Origin: an uncultured Oscillospiraceae bacterium | GTDB taxonomy: Bacteria > Bacillota > Clostridia > Oscillospirales > CAG-382 | Assembly (NCBI GenBank): GCA_964485815.1 | Contig: CAZAJX010000001.1 | Location: 7,866 to 71,865, forward strand | Direction: 5' to 3' | Length of the DNA stretch: 64,000 nt | Shown here: positions 1-9,769 of the stretch, piece by piece | How the letters are laid out: each line of letters starts with the position of its first letter | Numbering within the stretch: position 1 is the stretch's first letter | The notes under the pieces: generated by a model | The model's database searches: none | What the model saw: only the letters and a program-made list of their open reading frames with translations | Told to the model about the DNA's origin: nothing | Position numbers and translations under genes: made by a program

Positions 1-109
1 CTGTGAAGCCCGGACTTTCCTCACGGTAAGACCTTTCGGTATGTTACCGCGCGATTGTTCAAAATGGTTGCAGATAATCATAACATATTAAAATATATTT
101 GTCAAACGG

Positions 110-138
110 TTGAAATAAATTTTCGAATATATTATAAT
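110..138 (+). promoter_or_regulatory. sigma-70-type promoter upstream of murD
   Basis: TTGAAA (110-115), 17-nt spacer, TATAAT (133-138), about 30 nt upstream of the murD ATG. Confidence 0.5.
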
Positions 139-166
139 GTAGAATATGGAAAGTGAGTGTTGATAT

Positions 167-1507
167 ATGCTTAATGAATATACAAGTAAATATTTTGGCA
201 GATCCGTTGGCTTTATAGGAGTGGGAATAAGCAACATTCCCATTATAAAAGCCTTTTGCGGTGCGGGTGCTTTAGTTACCGTCCGAGATATGAAGGAAAA
301 AGATAAAATATACGGTATTGAACAGCTTGAGGGACTGGAGATACGTTACCTTACGGGAGCAAACTATCTTGCGGACATAACCGAAGAACTGCTTTTCCTC
401 GCCCCCGCAGTCCGTCCCGATAAGCCCGAGCTTTTAAAAGCGGTTAAAAACGGTACACGTCTAACCACCGAGCTAAACGAGTTTCTTTCACTCTGCCCCT
501 GCAAGACCTTCGGTATAACGGGAAGCGACGGTAAGACCACCACTACCACCCTTATTGCAAAAATTCTTGAAGCGGACGGCAAAAAAGTATGGCTTGGCGG
601 AAATATCGGCAAAAATCTCTTCCAATGTCTTGACGAGATACAGCCCGATGATTACGTGGTAATGGAATGCTCCAGCTTCCAGCTTATGAAGATGCACCAC
701 TCTCCGGACGTGGCGGTGTTCACCAATCTTTCTCCCAACCATCTTGATTGGCACACAGATATGGACGAATATTTTGACGCCAAGAAAAATATATACCGCT
801 TTAACGAAAACTGCAAGGTTATCGTAAATGCGGACAACGAATATACCGCTTCTGTTGAAAAGGAACGCACCGTTACCTTTATTTCCTGCAAAGAAAGACT
901 TGAAAACGGCGTTTATTACGACGGTACCGGTATTTATGCCCACGGCAAACAGATACTTGCGGAAGAGGATATAATGCTTCTGGGTATCCACAACAGATAT
1001 AATTACTGCTGTGCCGTTGCAGCTACGGCAGGTATTGTTTCCCCCGAAGCCGTAAAAACGGTTGCACGTAATTTCGGCGGCGTGGAGCACAGATGCGAAT
1101 TTGTGCGTGAGCACGAGGGTGTTAAATATTATAATTCCTCCATAGATTCCAGCCCCACCAGAACGGAAGCGGCTTGTAATTCCTTTAAGGATAAGGTAAT
1201 TATCATCTGCGGTGGATACGATAAAAATATTCCTCTTGAACCCCTCGGTCCTTTGTTTAACAACAAAGTAAAGGCGTGCGTGCTTATGGGCGCAACGGCG
1301 GATAAGATCGAAACCGTGCTTAAAAACTGCGGTTTTGACGGAACGGTTTTGAGAGCATCCGATATGCAGGATGCCGTTAACAAAGCCGCATCCCTTGCAA
1401 AAGCGGGGGACAGCGTGCTTCTCTCCCCCGCCGCCGCCAGTTTTGATATGTTCAGAAACTTCGAAGAGCGGGGAAACATATTCAAAAACTGCGTTAAGGA
1501 ATTATAG
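167..1507 (+). CDS. murD: UDP-N-acetylmuramoyl-L-alanine--D-glutamate ligase
   Basis: 446 aa. Mur ligase P-loop GITGSDGKTTTT and MurD-like N-terminal Rossmann segment (GVGISN). Length and C-terminal domain are typical. Confidence 0.9.
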   Translation: MLNEYTSKYFGRSVGFIGVGISNIPIIKAFCGAGALVTVRDMKEKDKIYGIEQLEGLEIRYLTGANYLADITEELLFLAPAVRPDKPELLKAVKNGTRLTTELNEFLSLCPCKTFGITGSDGKTTTTTLIAKILEADGKKVWLGGNIGKNLFQCLDEIQPDDYVVMECSSFQLMKMHHSPDVAVFTNLSPNHLDWHTDMDEYFDAKKNIYRFNENCKVIVNADNEYTASVEKERTVTFISCKERLENGVYYDGTGIYAHGKQILAEEDIMLLGIHNRYNYCCAVAATAGIVSPEAVKTVARNFGGVEHRCEFVREHEGVKYYNSSIDSSPTRTEAACNSFKDKVIIICGGYDKNIPLEPLGPLFNNKVKACVLMGATADKIETVLKNCGFDGTVLRASDMQDAVNKAASLAKAGDSVLLSPAAASFDMFRNFEERGNIFKNCVKEL

Positions 1508-1604
1508 TAAAACAGTCACTTTCCACTGATAAAATAACGCTTCTCATAGGACGACTAAATTATCGTGAAACCCAAATACTTCGTATGAATCGAGGTTTGT
1601 AAAA

Positions 1605-2132
1605 ATGGATTATTGGATTATTATAACGCTTGCTTTATTGACTGCTGCAATTCTGATCTTTTGCTTAACGTACTATCTGACTTCCAAAAAGCTTAATTTC
1701 AACATTAAGTGCGTGCAGAAAGAGATGCGATTAAAAAACAGAGACGAGAGTTTAATCAATTTGACAGTAATATCCCTGAGAAAAGTAAAAGGATGGAATA
1801 CTATGACTGTATTCTACACCATCCTACACTATATTTTAAACTTATCCAGCATTCTTTTCAGCTGTATAAGCGTGTATTGGGTAGGTTCGAATAATGATAA
1901 TTATTCAATTTACGCTTCGGTGATCGCTATATTGGCGGTAACGATTAACCTTTTTCTTCGTTGCGAGCGCAAATGGGCTACTTACCGCGATGTTCTCTCT
2001 AAAGGACGAGAAGAAACAAACAACTTTATTGCGGGTCTTAACAATAATGAAAACATACAAGATTTTGTAAGACTGTATGCAAACAAAATAATTGAAATCG
2101 AGCGAAAAATCAACGATTCTGATTTGACATAA
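1605..2132 (+). CDS. hypothetical membrane protein, possible SLATT-like 2TM domain
   Basis: 175 aa. N-terminal TM helix, then two further hydrophobic helices followed by ERKWATYRDVLSKGREE, which resembles the helix pair plus W..YR signature of SLATT/DUF4231 proteins. Lies in a visibly AT-richer stretch. Confidence 0.35.
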   Translation: MDYWIIITLALLTAAILIFCLTYYLTSKKLNFNIKCVQKEMRLKNRDESLINLTVISLRKVKGWNTMTVFYTILHYILNLSSILFSCISVYWVGSNNDNYSIYASVIAILAVTINLFLRCERKWATYRDVLSKGREETNNFIAGLNNNENIQDFVRLYANKIIEIERKINDSDLT

Positions 2133-2248
2133 AGTTAAAACATCGGGGTCATATGTTAAGTTCGCTCGATAAGACACTCAAGATGCTTGTTAAACTAAAA
2201 CGTTCCGGTAAAATTGAAGGCAATGTTAAAATGGATAGGAGAATTAAA

Positions 2249-2431
2249 ATGAACAACATTACAAAAGTTGTCAAATCAGGTTTATGCACCGGTTGTCGTG
2301 CTTGTAACTGTGAGCATATTACGTTTGAGAAAAATAATAACGGATTTCCTTCTCCTGTTGTCGATCAAAGCTGTACGAACTGCGGTGAGTGCTTAAAGCA
2401 CTGTATATATTTTGACGAGAATGACGATTGA
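2249..2431 (+). CDS. small 4Fe-4S-cluster-binding (ferredoxin-like) protein or remnant of an FrhB-type N-terminus
   Basis: Internal ATG at 2249 preceded by TAGGAG. Two Cys clusters: CTGCRACNC and CTNCGECLKHC. Only about 60 aa. Confidence 0.4.
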   Translation: MNNITKVVKSGLCTGCRACNCEHITFEKNNNGFPSPVVDQSCTNCGECLKHCIYFDENDD

Positions 2432-2447
2432 TAATAATGGTGTAACT

Positions 2448-3494
2448 ATGAACTCAAAAATAATCTCTCTCCGTATGGAGCGTCAATGCTTTATTAACAA
2501 GGCTGACGAAAGCGAATACATAAACCTTTACCGAGATTTGCAACCGGGACAGAACGTATATTGGAACGGGTTCGGTGAGCCGCCTACGCTTTCGTTCCGT
2601 GCAAATTTTAACGATATTGAGTTTAACAAAGACAGACAATACGACAGATTGTTAATAAAAGGCAGATTCGGCGGCGGAAATCTGGGCTGGATAATGCCTG
2701 AAGATATGGAGCTTTTTACCGCACTTTACCGTAAGCCGCTAAAAAGTCCCACGTTGGCACAGCTTCAGTTGCTCGAACTGATACAGTCAATAGGACCTTT
2801 AAATATTCAGCAAATGAAGGAAGAAACCGGTCTGCTTGTTAAAGAGATAACCCCTGCTTTACATCGTCTGCAGGAAGCGTTCCTTATATACGAAGATCAG
2901 TATGACGGAGATTGGGACAGAGGATGGTACAGATTCGACGAGATGTTTCCCAACGTAAACGTTGAAAAACTCACACGGCACGAAGCGTTGAAAATAGTAT
3001 TACAGCGTTTTGCTTACCGTCTTGTTTGGTTTGATACCGCGATGGCAAAATCGTTTTACAAACTGACCGAAAAAGAAATTAAACTCGCCGTCAGCGAGTT
3101 GGTAGCCGATGGAATATTGATTTCATCGGATAACGGATTTATGCTCAAAAGCGACTCGGAATTGCTCGAAAACTACGAACCGAAAGAAATGCATTTCGTA
3201 TATGCGCTTCACAGAAACGATTTTCTCTATAAATCCCACGAATATATTTTGAAGGATTATGCAAAACGTCTTACCGACGGACTTGAATATGACTGCGAGC
3301 CGTTGCAATATCTCCTTATCGACGGTGAGTTTCACGGCGCGTCCGTGGGTCATTTCCGCAACGGTCCTTACGATTTAAACGACATTGTGTGCGATTTGCC
3401 CGATGCCGAAGAACGCAAATCGGAAATTATAAACGCTGTTCAAACTGTGAATTTCGGAAAACTGCCTTTGCGTTTTATGGGAAAAGAATTATAA
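2448..3494 (+). CDS. winged-helix DNA-binding protein, AlkZ/YcaQ-like (crosslink-repair glycosylase family) candidate
   Basis: About 348 aa from the ATG at 2448. The overall pattern (LRMERQ.., RLLIKGRF.GGNLGWIMPEDMELF, C-terminal LLIDGEFHGASVG) resembles DUF1006/AlkZ family members. Motif memory only. Confidence 0.45.
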   Translation: MNSKIISLRMERQCFINKADESEYINLYRDLQPGQNVYWNGFGEPPTLSFRANFNDIEFNKDRQYDRLLIKGRFGGGNLGWIMPEDMELFTALYRKPLKSPTLAQLQLLELIQSIGPLNIQQMKEETGLLVKEITPALHRLQEAFLIYEDQYDGDWDRGWYRFDEMFPNVNVEKLTRHEALKIVLQRFAYRLVWFDTAMAKSFYKLTEKEIKLAVSELVADGILISSDNGFMLKSDSELLENYEPKEMHFVYALHRNDFLYKSHEYILKDYAKRLTDGLEYDCEPLQYLLIDGEFHGASVGHFRNGPYDLNDIVCDLPDAEERKSEIINAVQTVNFGKLPLRFMGKEL

Positions 3495-3542
3495 TTACAA
3501 AACTGCGTTAAATCGCTTTAAAATAATAAAAGGAGTGGTTAT

Positions 3543-4589
3543 ATGGAAAATATATACGGTCTTGCTTGCAGGCTTGCCGCTTTGCCCAGCGTTTCCGGTA
3601 ACGAGGACATGGCGTTTGACGGGCTTAAAGAAATCTGCGGCGATATGTTTGACGAAACAGTTACCCTGCCCACGGGAAGCTTTATAGGCATAAAGAGATG
3701 CGGAAAAGAAAACGCGCCGAAGGTGTTGCTTGATGCACATCTTGACCAGATAGGATTCGTTGTTAACGGATACGCGGGCGCGGGATTTTTGAAGGTTGCG
3801 GCGGTAGGCGGTATTGATACCCGCGTGCTGTGCGCCAACGGCGTACATATACATTGCCCCGACGGAACGATTGAGGGCGTGATCTCCTCGGTATCCCCTC
3901 ACTTAAGACAGGGCGGAAACGCAAACGCACCCATTAAGCTTGAAAGTCTGATGATAAGCACATATCTTGACGAGGACGAGGTAAAGAAAAAAATACCGAT
4001 AGGTACGCCCGTGTCATTTTCAGCACAGCCCGTTCTGCTGAAAAACGACAGAATGGCATCTCCCCAGATGGATGATAAGATATGTATCGCATCCATACTT
4101 CTTGCTGTAGAAAAGCTTAAGGACACCGACCTTAACGTTGATATTTACGCTCACTTTGCGGGCGGCGAAGAGATTGGATATATCGGCGCACGGACGGGCG
4201 GATGGTATATAGACCCCGATTACGCAATAGCTTTGGACGTATGCGGCGCATACGGACCTGATATGCCCGAATGGAGAAAGGATTGCGTTTTGGGAGAAGG
4301 CTGTACCGTATCTTATTCCGCCACGGCAGACAGAAGGTTTACCAAAAAGATTATCCGTACAGCCCGGGAAAAGAATATAAAAATACAGTTATTGGGCGAG
4401 CCCAGCCACACCGGTACGGACACACACGCTCTGGCTTTGGTGCGCGAAGGCGTGCCTGCGGCACTCATATCCATTCCCTTGCGCAGTATGCACACATACA
4501 CAGAGGTTATTTCCCTGCGGGACGTAGATGCCGCCGCTAATCTTTTAGCGGAGGTAATTAAGACTATGGAGGTAGAAAACAATGCTTGA
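3543..4589 (+). CDS. M42 family metallopeptidase (TET/FrvX/glutamyl aminopeptidase-like), paralog 1
   Basis: 348 aa. RBS AAAGGAG. M42 metal and catalytic motifs present: DAHLDQIGF, MDDKICIA, GGEEIGYIGA. Confidence 0.85.
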   Translation: MENIYGLACRLAALPSVSGNEDMAFDGLKEICGDMFDETVTLPTGSFIGIKRCGKENAPKVLLDAHLDQIGFVVNGYAGAGFLKVAAVGGIDTRVLCANGVHIHCPDGTIEGVISSVSPHLRQGGNANAPIKLESLMISTYLDEDEVKKKIPIGTPVSFSAQPVLLKNDRMASPQMDDKICIASILLAVEKLKDTDLNVDIYAHFAGGEEIGYIGARTGGWYIDPDYAIALDVCGAYGPDMPEWRKDCVLGEGCTVSYSATADRRFTKKIIRTAREKNIKIQLLGEPSHTGTDTHALALVREGVPAALISIPLRSMHTYTEVISLRDVDAAANLLAEVIKTMEVENNA

Positions 4590-5595
4590 AAGATTAAAGA
4601 AATATTGTGATACCTTCGGTCCTTCGGGAATGGAGGACGAGATCCGCAGAAATATTATTGCAGATATAGACGGTTTTTGCGAATACAAGACCGATAAAAC
4701 GGGAAACCTCATTTGCTTCAAAAAAGGTAAAAAGACCCGCGCCAACCGTGTTGTGTTTTGCGCTCACATGGATGAAGTGGGCGTTATGGTAGATTACGTT
4801 ACACAAGAGGGTTTACTCCACTTCGGTACGATCGGCGGAATTGAATCCAAGGATCTGTGCGGTAAATATATGGAATTCGGTGAGCAGGGTATTTCCGCTG
4901 TTATCGGCTCAAAGGCTATACATAACCAAAAGCCGGAAGAGAGAGGAATGTGCCCTCCCATAAACCAGCTTTATCTGGATATCGGCGCATACGATAAAGC
5001 AGACGCTATGAGATACGTAGGCGTAGGCGATTGCGCGGTGTTCCGTCCCAACTTCAGAAAAGATGGTTCTTTCGTATCCTCAAAGGCGCTGGATGACAGA
5101 TTCGGATGTGCCGCGCTGGTTGAGATCATACGTGGTGAGATCGAATACGATACGTATTTTGCTTTCACCACTGCGGAAGAGGTAGGAAGCAGAGGCGCAC
5201 AGACCGCTGCTTACAAGCTGTGTGCGGATTACGCAATCGTATGCGAAGCCACCGCCGCAGGGGACGAAAGGATAACTCCCCCGCACCTTTCCCCTTGTAC
5301 GCCGGGAGATGGGGCGGTGATCTCCGTTATGGACAGAGGAACGATATACGATAAGGATTTTGTGGATACAGCGGTGAGCACGGCAAAAGAGAACGGTATT
5401 AAATACCAGCTCAAGCGTCTGCCTACAGGAAGCAACGATTCCAGAACGTTCCAGCTTTCACTTACGGGAGCGAAGGTTCTGGCGGTTTCCGCACCAACAA
5501 GATACATCCACTCCCCTTGCAACGTTTGCAGAACAGACGATATGGAGCAGGTTATAAAGCTGCTTAAAGCACTTACAGACAGGAGCTACGAATAA
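4582..5595 (+). CDS. M42 family metallopeptidase, paralog 2
   Basis: 337 aa. Motifs CAHMDEVGV, LDDRFGCA, TAEEVGSRGA. The start overlaps the upstream gene by 8 nt. Confidence 0.85.
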   Translation: MLERLKKYCDTFGPSGMEDEIRRNIIADIDGFCEYKTDKTGNLICFKKGKKTRANRVVFCAHMDEVGVMVDYVTQEGLLHFGTIGGIESKDLCGKYMEFGEQGISAVIGSKAIHNQKPEERGMCPPINQLYLDIGAYDKADAMRYVGVGDCAVFRPNFRKDGSFVSSKALDDRFGCAALVEIIRGEIEYDTYFAFTTAEEVGSRGAQTAAYKLCADYAIVCEATAAGDERITPPHLSPCTPGDGAVISVMDRGTIYDKDFVDTAVSTAKENGIKYQLKRLPTGSNDSRTFQLSLTGAKVLAVSAPTRYIHSPCNVCRTDDMEQVIKLLKALTDRSYE

Positions 5596-6587
5596 TGTAT
5601 AATACAATTAAAAAATATATTTCCGCTTTTTCGGTTTCGGGATATGAAAATCCTCTTGCACAAATTATTTGCGATGATATCGCCCCCTATTGCGACAGTG
5701 TTGAGATCGACGCTGTGGGTAATGTAATTGCTTTTAAAAAGGGTGCGGACAGCTCAAAGCGTCTTATGACCGCCGCCCATATGGACGAGATCGGCTTTAT
5801 GGTTACATACGTTGAGGAAAGCGGTCTTATCCGCGTAACCAATATCGGCGGTATAAACGCGGTGGCTTCCTCATACGGAACGGTAGTATTCGCTAACGGT
5901 ACCAAGGGAATTATCGTTTTGGATATGGGTGCGAAAAAGGAAGATATTTCCGTAAAATCCATGGTAGTGGATATCGGTGCAAAAAACAAAACTCAAGCTG
6001 AAAAGAAGGTTAAAATCGGCGACGTTTGCGCGCTTGAACAGAGAATAACCCGTCTTATGAACAACCGCATTGCCGCAAAGGCGTTTGATGACCGCCTTGC
6101 TTGCGCTATAACGCTGGAGGCGGCGAAAAAGGCAGGAACTCCCGCATACGATACATATTACGTGTTCACCGTGCAGGAAGAGGTTGGATGCAGAGGAAGC
6201 AAGCCCGCCGCTTTCGGAATCGCGCCCACTTACGGTATCGCGCTTGACGTTACTCACACCGGAGATATGATCGGCGGCCCCAAGATGACCGTTAAATTGG
6301 GCGAAGGCGCGGCGATAAAGATAAAGGATTCCTCGGTAATTTGCTCCAGAAGCGTTATTAACAGAATGACCGAGCTTTCCGAAAAGCACGGTATTAAGCA
6401 TCAGTACGAGGTGCTCACCGCTGGAGGAACGGACACGTCCTCTATGCAGACCGCCTGCGCAGGTGCCTTTACCGGATGTATTTCCATCCCCACCCGCTAT
6501 ATTCACACCCCCGTCGAAACGGTGGATATGGCTGACGTTAACGCTTGCGTAGATCTGCTTGCGGCAATTATAGAAGAAGGATTTTAA
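5595..6587 (+). CDS. M42 family metallopeptidase, paralog 3
   Basis: 330 aa. Motifs AAHMDEIGF, FDDRLACA, VQEEVGCRGS. TAATG stop/start overlap with paralog 2. Confidence 0.85.
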   Translation: MYNTIKKYISAFSVSGYENPLAQIICDDIAPYCDSVEIDAVGNVIAFKKGADSSKRLMTAAHMDEIGFMVTYVEESGLIRVTNIGGINAVASSYGTVVFANGTKGIIVLDMGAKKEDISVKSMVVDIGAKNKTQAEKKVKIGDVCALEQRITRLMNNRIAAKAFDDRLACAITLEAAKKAGTPAYDTYYVFTVQEEVGCRGSKPAAFGIAPTYGIALDVTHTGDMIGGPKMTVKLGEGAAIKIKDSSVICSRSVINRMTELSEKHGIKHQYEVLTAGGTDTSSMQTACAGAFTGCISIPTRYIHTPVETVDMADVNACVDLLAAIIEEGF

Positions 6588-6592
6588 AAAAT

Positions 6593-7825
6593 ATGTTTTC
6601 TGAAAAGCTTTTGGCTCTGGCAGCGGAATGTGAAAAGGACTGCGCCGAGCAATTCGAATATATTGACAAAGTCGCATTTATCAACACCCAAAAGGTAATG
6701 AAGGTTTTTGCGGATAACCGTCTTTCCGACAGACATTTCGCTCCTACCAGCGGATACGGATACAATGATGATGGCAGAGATCTGTGCGACAAGATGTTTG
6801 CAGATGCTTTCGGTGCAGAGGCAGGCTTTGCACGGCACAGCATTATAAACGGCACACACGCTCTTTCTATAGGCTTGTACGCCCTTTTGCGCCCCGGCGA
6901 TACACTTCTTTCGGTAGCGGGAAAGCCTTACGATACGCTGGACGAGGTTATCGGCATTTCCGGCGGAAACGGCGACGGTTCGCTTAACGATTTTGGTATC
7001 GGATACAAGCAGATCGATCTGGACGAAAACGGTTATCCGAGATACGATGAAATAAAAAATGCTCTTACCGAAGATAAAAGCATTAAAGTAGTATTCGTAC
7101 AGCGCAGTAAGGGTTATTCAGCCAGAAGAACTCTTATGGTGAGCGACATTGACCGCATTTGCGATACGGTGCGGGAATGCTCGAACGCATACGTTATGGT
7201 CGACAACTGCTACGGTGCGTTTACCGAGGAAACCGAGCCGAAGGCCGACCTTTTGGTAGGTTCTCTTATCAAAAACGCAGGCGGCGGAATGGCTGAATCC
7301 GGCGGTTACCTTGTAGGAAGCGCAAAAGCGGTTGAGCTTGCGTCTTACAGATATTCGACTGTAGGTGTAGGCCTTGAATGCGGGGCTTCGCTGGGACAGA
7401 CAAAAAGCATGATAAAAGGTCTGTTTTACGCGCCCCACACCGTGGCTCAGGCTGTAAAGACCGCAGTATTTGCTTCCAGAATTTTTGAAAAGCTGGGCTT
7501 TACCGTATCGCCGAGATATGATGAAAAAAGATCGGATATTATCCAGACCTTTACTTTAGGCAGCGAGGACGCTTTGGTGAAATTCTGTCTTGGAATTCAA
7601 GCGGGAAGCCCCGTTGATGCCCACGTAGCCCCCGTTCCCTGGGAAATGCCCGGATACAATGACAGAGTCATAATGGCGGCAGGTGCGTTTACGCAAGGAT
7701 CGTCCATTGAACTTTCCTGCGACGGACCCGTACGTCCCCCGTATATCGCATATCTTCAGGGCGGACTTACCTATGAAAGCGGTAAGTACGGTATACTGAA
7801 AGCGGCACAAACCGTAACGGAATAA
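6593..7825 (+). CDS. methionine gamma-lyase-family PLP protein (YnbB / aluminium-resistance protein family)
   Basis: The ATG at 6593 gives MFSEKLL.... The segment FAPTSGYGYNDDGRD...FGAEAGFARHSIINGTHAL is characteristic of this family. Confidence 0.75.
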   Translation: MFSEKLLALAAECEKDCAEQFEYIDKVAFINTQKVMKVFADNRLSDRHFAPTSGYGYNDDGRDLCDKMFADAFGAEAGFARHSIINGTHALSIGLYALLRPGDTLLSVAGKPYDTLDEVIGISGGNGDGSLNDFGIGYKQIDLDENGYPRYDEIKNALTEDKSIKVVFVQRSKGYSARRTLMVSDIDRICDTVRECSNAYVMVDNCYGAFTEETEPKADLLVGSLIKNAGGGMAESGGYLVGSAKAVELASYRYSTVGVGLECGASLGQTKSMIKGLFYAPHTVAQAVKTAVFASRIFEKLGFTVSPRYDEKRSDIIQTFTLGSEDALVKFCLGIQAGSPVDAHVAPVPWEMPGYNDRVIMAAGAFTQGSSIELSCDGPVRPPYIAYLQGGLTYESGKYGILKAAQTVTE

Positions 7826-7833
7826 AACAGCAC

Positions 7834-7862
7834 AAAAAATCCCGCGCAAAGCGGGATTTTTT
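7834..7862. terminator. bidirectional intrinsic terminator
   Basis: AAAAAATCCCGC-GCAAA-GCGGGATTTTTT lies between convergent genes (7825 + and 7869 -). Confidence 0.75.
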
Positions 7863-7868
7863 ACTTAA

Positions 7869-8210
7869 TTAAAAGAAGAACAAGGGTATCATATACTGGG
7901 AAGCGGACATGCCTGCAAGACCGAGTATCAATACTATGTAAACAACGTAGAATATAAGATAAGCTACGGTACCGATAACGCTGATAAGGTTGATGATAAA
8001 GCCGATGGTGGAAAGAATCTTACCAACCTTTGTAATACCGGTGAGAACACCCTGCTCGGAAAGCTTCTTTGCCTTATTACGAGCGATTATAGCAAAGATA
8101 AGTCCTACCAAAGGTACGGGAAGAACGAGGGAGAGCAGACCGAAAACAAAGACGCTGGAATCGGAAGGTGCTACAGCAGGAGTGTTGGTTGCGTTGTAGT
8201 TGTTGTCCAT
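7869..8210 (-). CDS. small multi-pass membrane protein (DUF4190-like)
   Basis: 113 aa. Hydrophobic helices, including FAIIARNKAKK-type loops. Confidence 0.5.
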   Translation of the reverse strand: MDNNYNATNTPAVAPSDSSVFVFGLLSLVLPVPLVGLIFAIIARNKAKKLSEQGVLTGITKVGKILSTIGFIINLISVIGTVAYLIFYVVYIVLILGLAGMSASQYMIPLFFF

Positions 8211-8246
8211 AATAAAATATATCCTCCAAAAAATTATTTATAAACT

Positions 8247-8576
8247 TTAGCGGAAAAAGGAAAAAAGATTGCCGAATATCATAAGAACATAAAACGCAAA
8301 AAAAGAATACTGTAACGCTACAAGGCACAGATAATACGTCCAAAAGAGGCTATATCCTATTCCGGCGTATATACCTGCCTTGGACAGAATACTGCCAACC
8401 ATAACCTTGTTACAAGTTACACCGTTATTTTGCGCAAGATAAGCTTTAACCTTTTTCTGAGCGATAATCCCCAAAATAATGCCGGGGAGTCCGTAAGAAG
8501 AAAGCGCCGCAGCCACTATACCCAAAGTCAAAACATTGGACGGAGCGATGGGTTCATTGTTTTTGACATGTTCCAT
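8247..8576 (-). CDS. small multi-pass membrane protein (DUF4190-like), paralog
   Basis: 109 aa. GIILGIIAQKKVK is similar to the neighbouring gene. Confidence 0.5.
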   Translation of the reverse strand: MEHVKNNEPIAPSNVLTLGIVAAALSSYGLPGIILGIIAQKKVKAYLAQNNGVTCNKVMVGSILSKAGIYAGIGYSLFWTYYLCLVALQYSFFAFYVLMIFGNLFSFFR

Positions 8577-8731
8577 AAAGCAGCCTCCTTACGAAAACAT
8601 TATATATGCAACGGCTGAAAAATGCAATATTTTTTACAAAAATATGAACAAATTTATCTTTTTACGTCTGATTATATATTATTATTGATTTTTTGCTTTA
8701 TTTATAGTAATATATAGTTTGATTGTAATCA

Positions 8732-9712
8732 TCAGGACTCGAAGAAAGCAAACACGGTTTGCAAATATTTTTCCAGCTTTTCGGATACGCAGATAAATGC
8801 AGAATGTTTTGCGCCTTCTATACTTATGAACTCGCATCCCAAAAGCTTTGCAAGCTTTTCCTGAGGCTTTCTGCGAACGACTGTATCCAACGCGGAATTG
8901 ATTACAAGCACCTTGGAAGAAACCTTTTTGAGCTCTTTTGCTTTAAGCATTTTATTTCCCACGCTTACAGCCTCGTACATCCAGCGGTTGGTTGAGGATG
9001 AGGTCTGATACCGTTTATCCGAAAGGCGCACGTCAAGATTGTGTCTGAAACGGGGATAGCTGGTATCGTGGCATTTATCAAAGGGAGGATCGGGATTGAA
9101 ATCCGAAGCGTATCTGAACCTTGAAGCCCATCCGTGCTTTGCCGCGCCTGCCTTGAGCATAAGCTTGAGCAGGAATATGGGGCAATTATTGGTAAAAGGA
9201 AAAACCATAGGTGAAGAAAGCACTGCGCGGGATATCTTTTCACCGCAACGCGTAAGATACAGAGTCGCTATGCTTCCGCCCATTGAATGAGAAAAAATAT
9301 TAACGTTTTCTTTTCCGCCTACGGGAATTACTATATTATCCACAAAAGTTTCCAGGTCTTTGACGTAATCCTCAAAGCTGTTGACGTGGGCAAGCTCGTA
9401 TCCCTCGACCTGTCTTTCGGAAAGACCGTGACCGCGGTGATCGTAGGTGAACACGTTATATCCTTTATTTATGAAATACCACGCCAGCTCGGTATATTTT
9501 TTAGAATATTCCGTAAAACCGTGAACTATTACTATACTACCCACGGGATTTTGAACGAGATAATTTCTGTAAAAGATACGCACTCCGTCAAATGAACAAA
9601 AAGTTCCCTCTGATGCGCATTGGGAAAGAATATCCTCCACCTCGCAGATACGGCCAAGATATTCATCTTCTTTAATTACTTGAATTTGTTTGGGAGAATA
9701 AAGCATTTTCAA
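8732..9712 (-). CDS. alpha/beta hydrolase (lysophospholipase / monoacylglycerol-lipase-like)
   Basis: 326 aa. HGFTEYSKKY oxyanion region, nucleophile elbow SHSMGG, C-terminal His region. Confidence 0.75.
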   Translation of the reverse strand: MKMLYSPKQIQVIKEDEYLGRICEVEDILSQCASEGTFCSFDGVRIFYRNYLVQNPVGSIVIVHGFTEYSKKYTELAWYFINKGYNVFTYDHRGHGLSERQVEGYELAHVNSFEDYVKDLETFVDNIVIPVGGKENVNIFSHSMGGSIATLYLTRCGEKISRAVLSSPMVFPFTNNCPIFLLKLMLKAGAAKHGWASRFRYASDFNPDPPFDKCHDTSYPRFRHNLDVRLSDKRYQTSSSTNRWMYEAVSVGNKMLKAKELKKVSSKVLVINSALDTVVRRKPQEKLAKLLGCEFISIEGAKHSAFICVSEKLEKYLQTVFAFFES

Positions 9713-9769
9713 AAGACTCCGTTTTGGGATTTTTTAAAACTAATAATACCGAAAAAGGCGGTGATAATA

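Noticed and set aside
1-60. GC-richer, hairpin-capable sequence at the window edge (CGGTAA...TTACCG): possible 3' end of a structured RNA or terminator
   Set aside because: It is truncated by the window. I could not match it to any RNA family, and the single 6-bp stem is insufficient.
5871-6677. 268-aa minus-strand ORF
   Set aside because: It is antisense to the third M42 peptidase gene, has no motifs or RBS, and has shadow-ORF composition.
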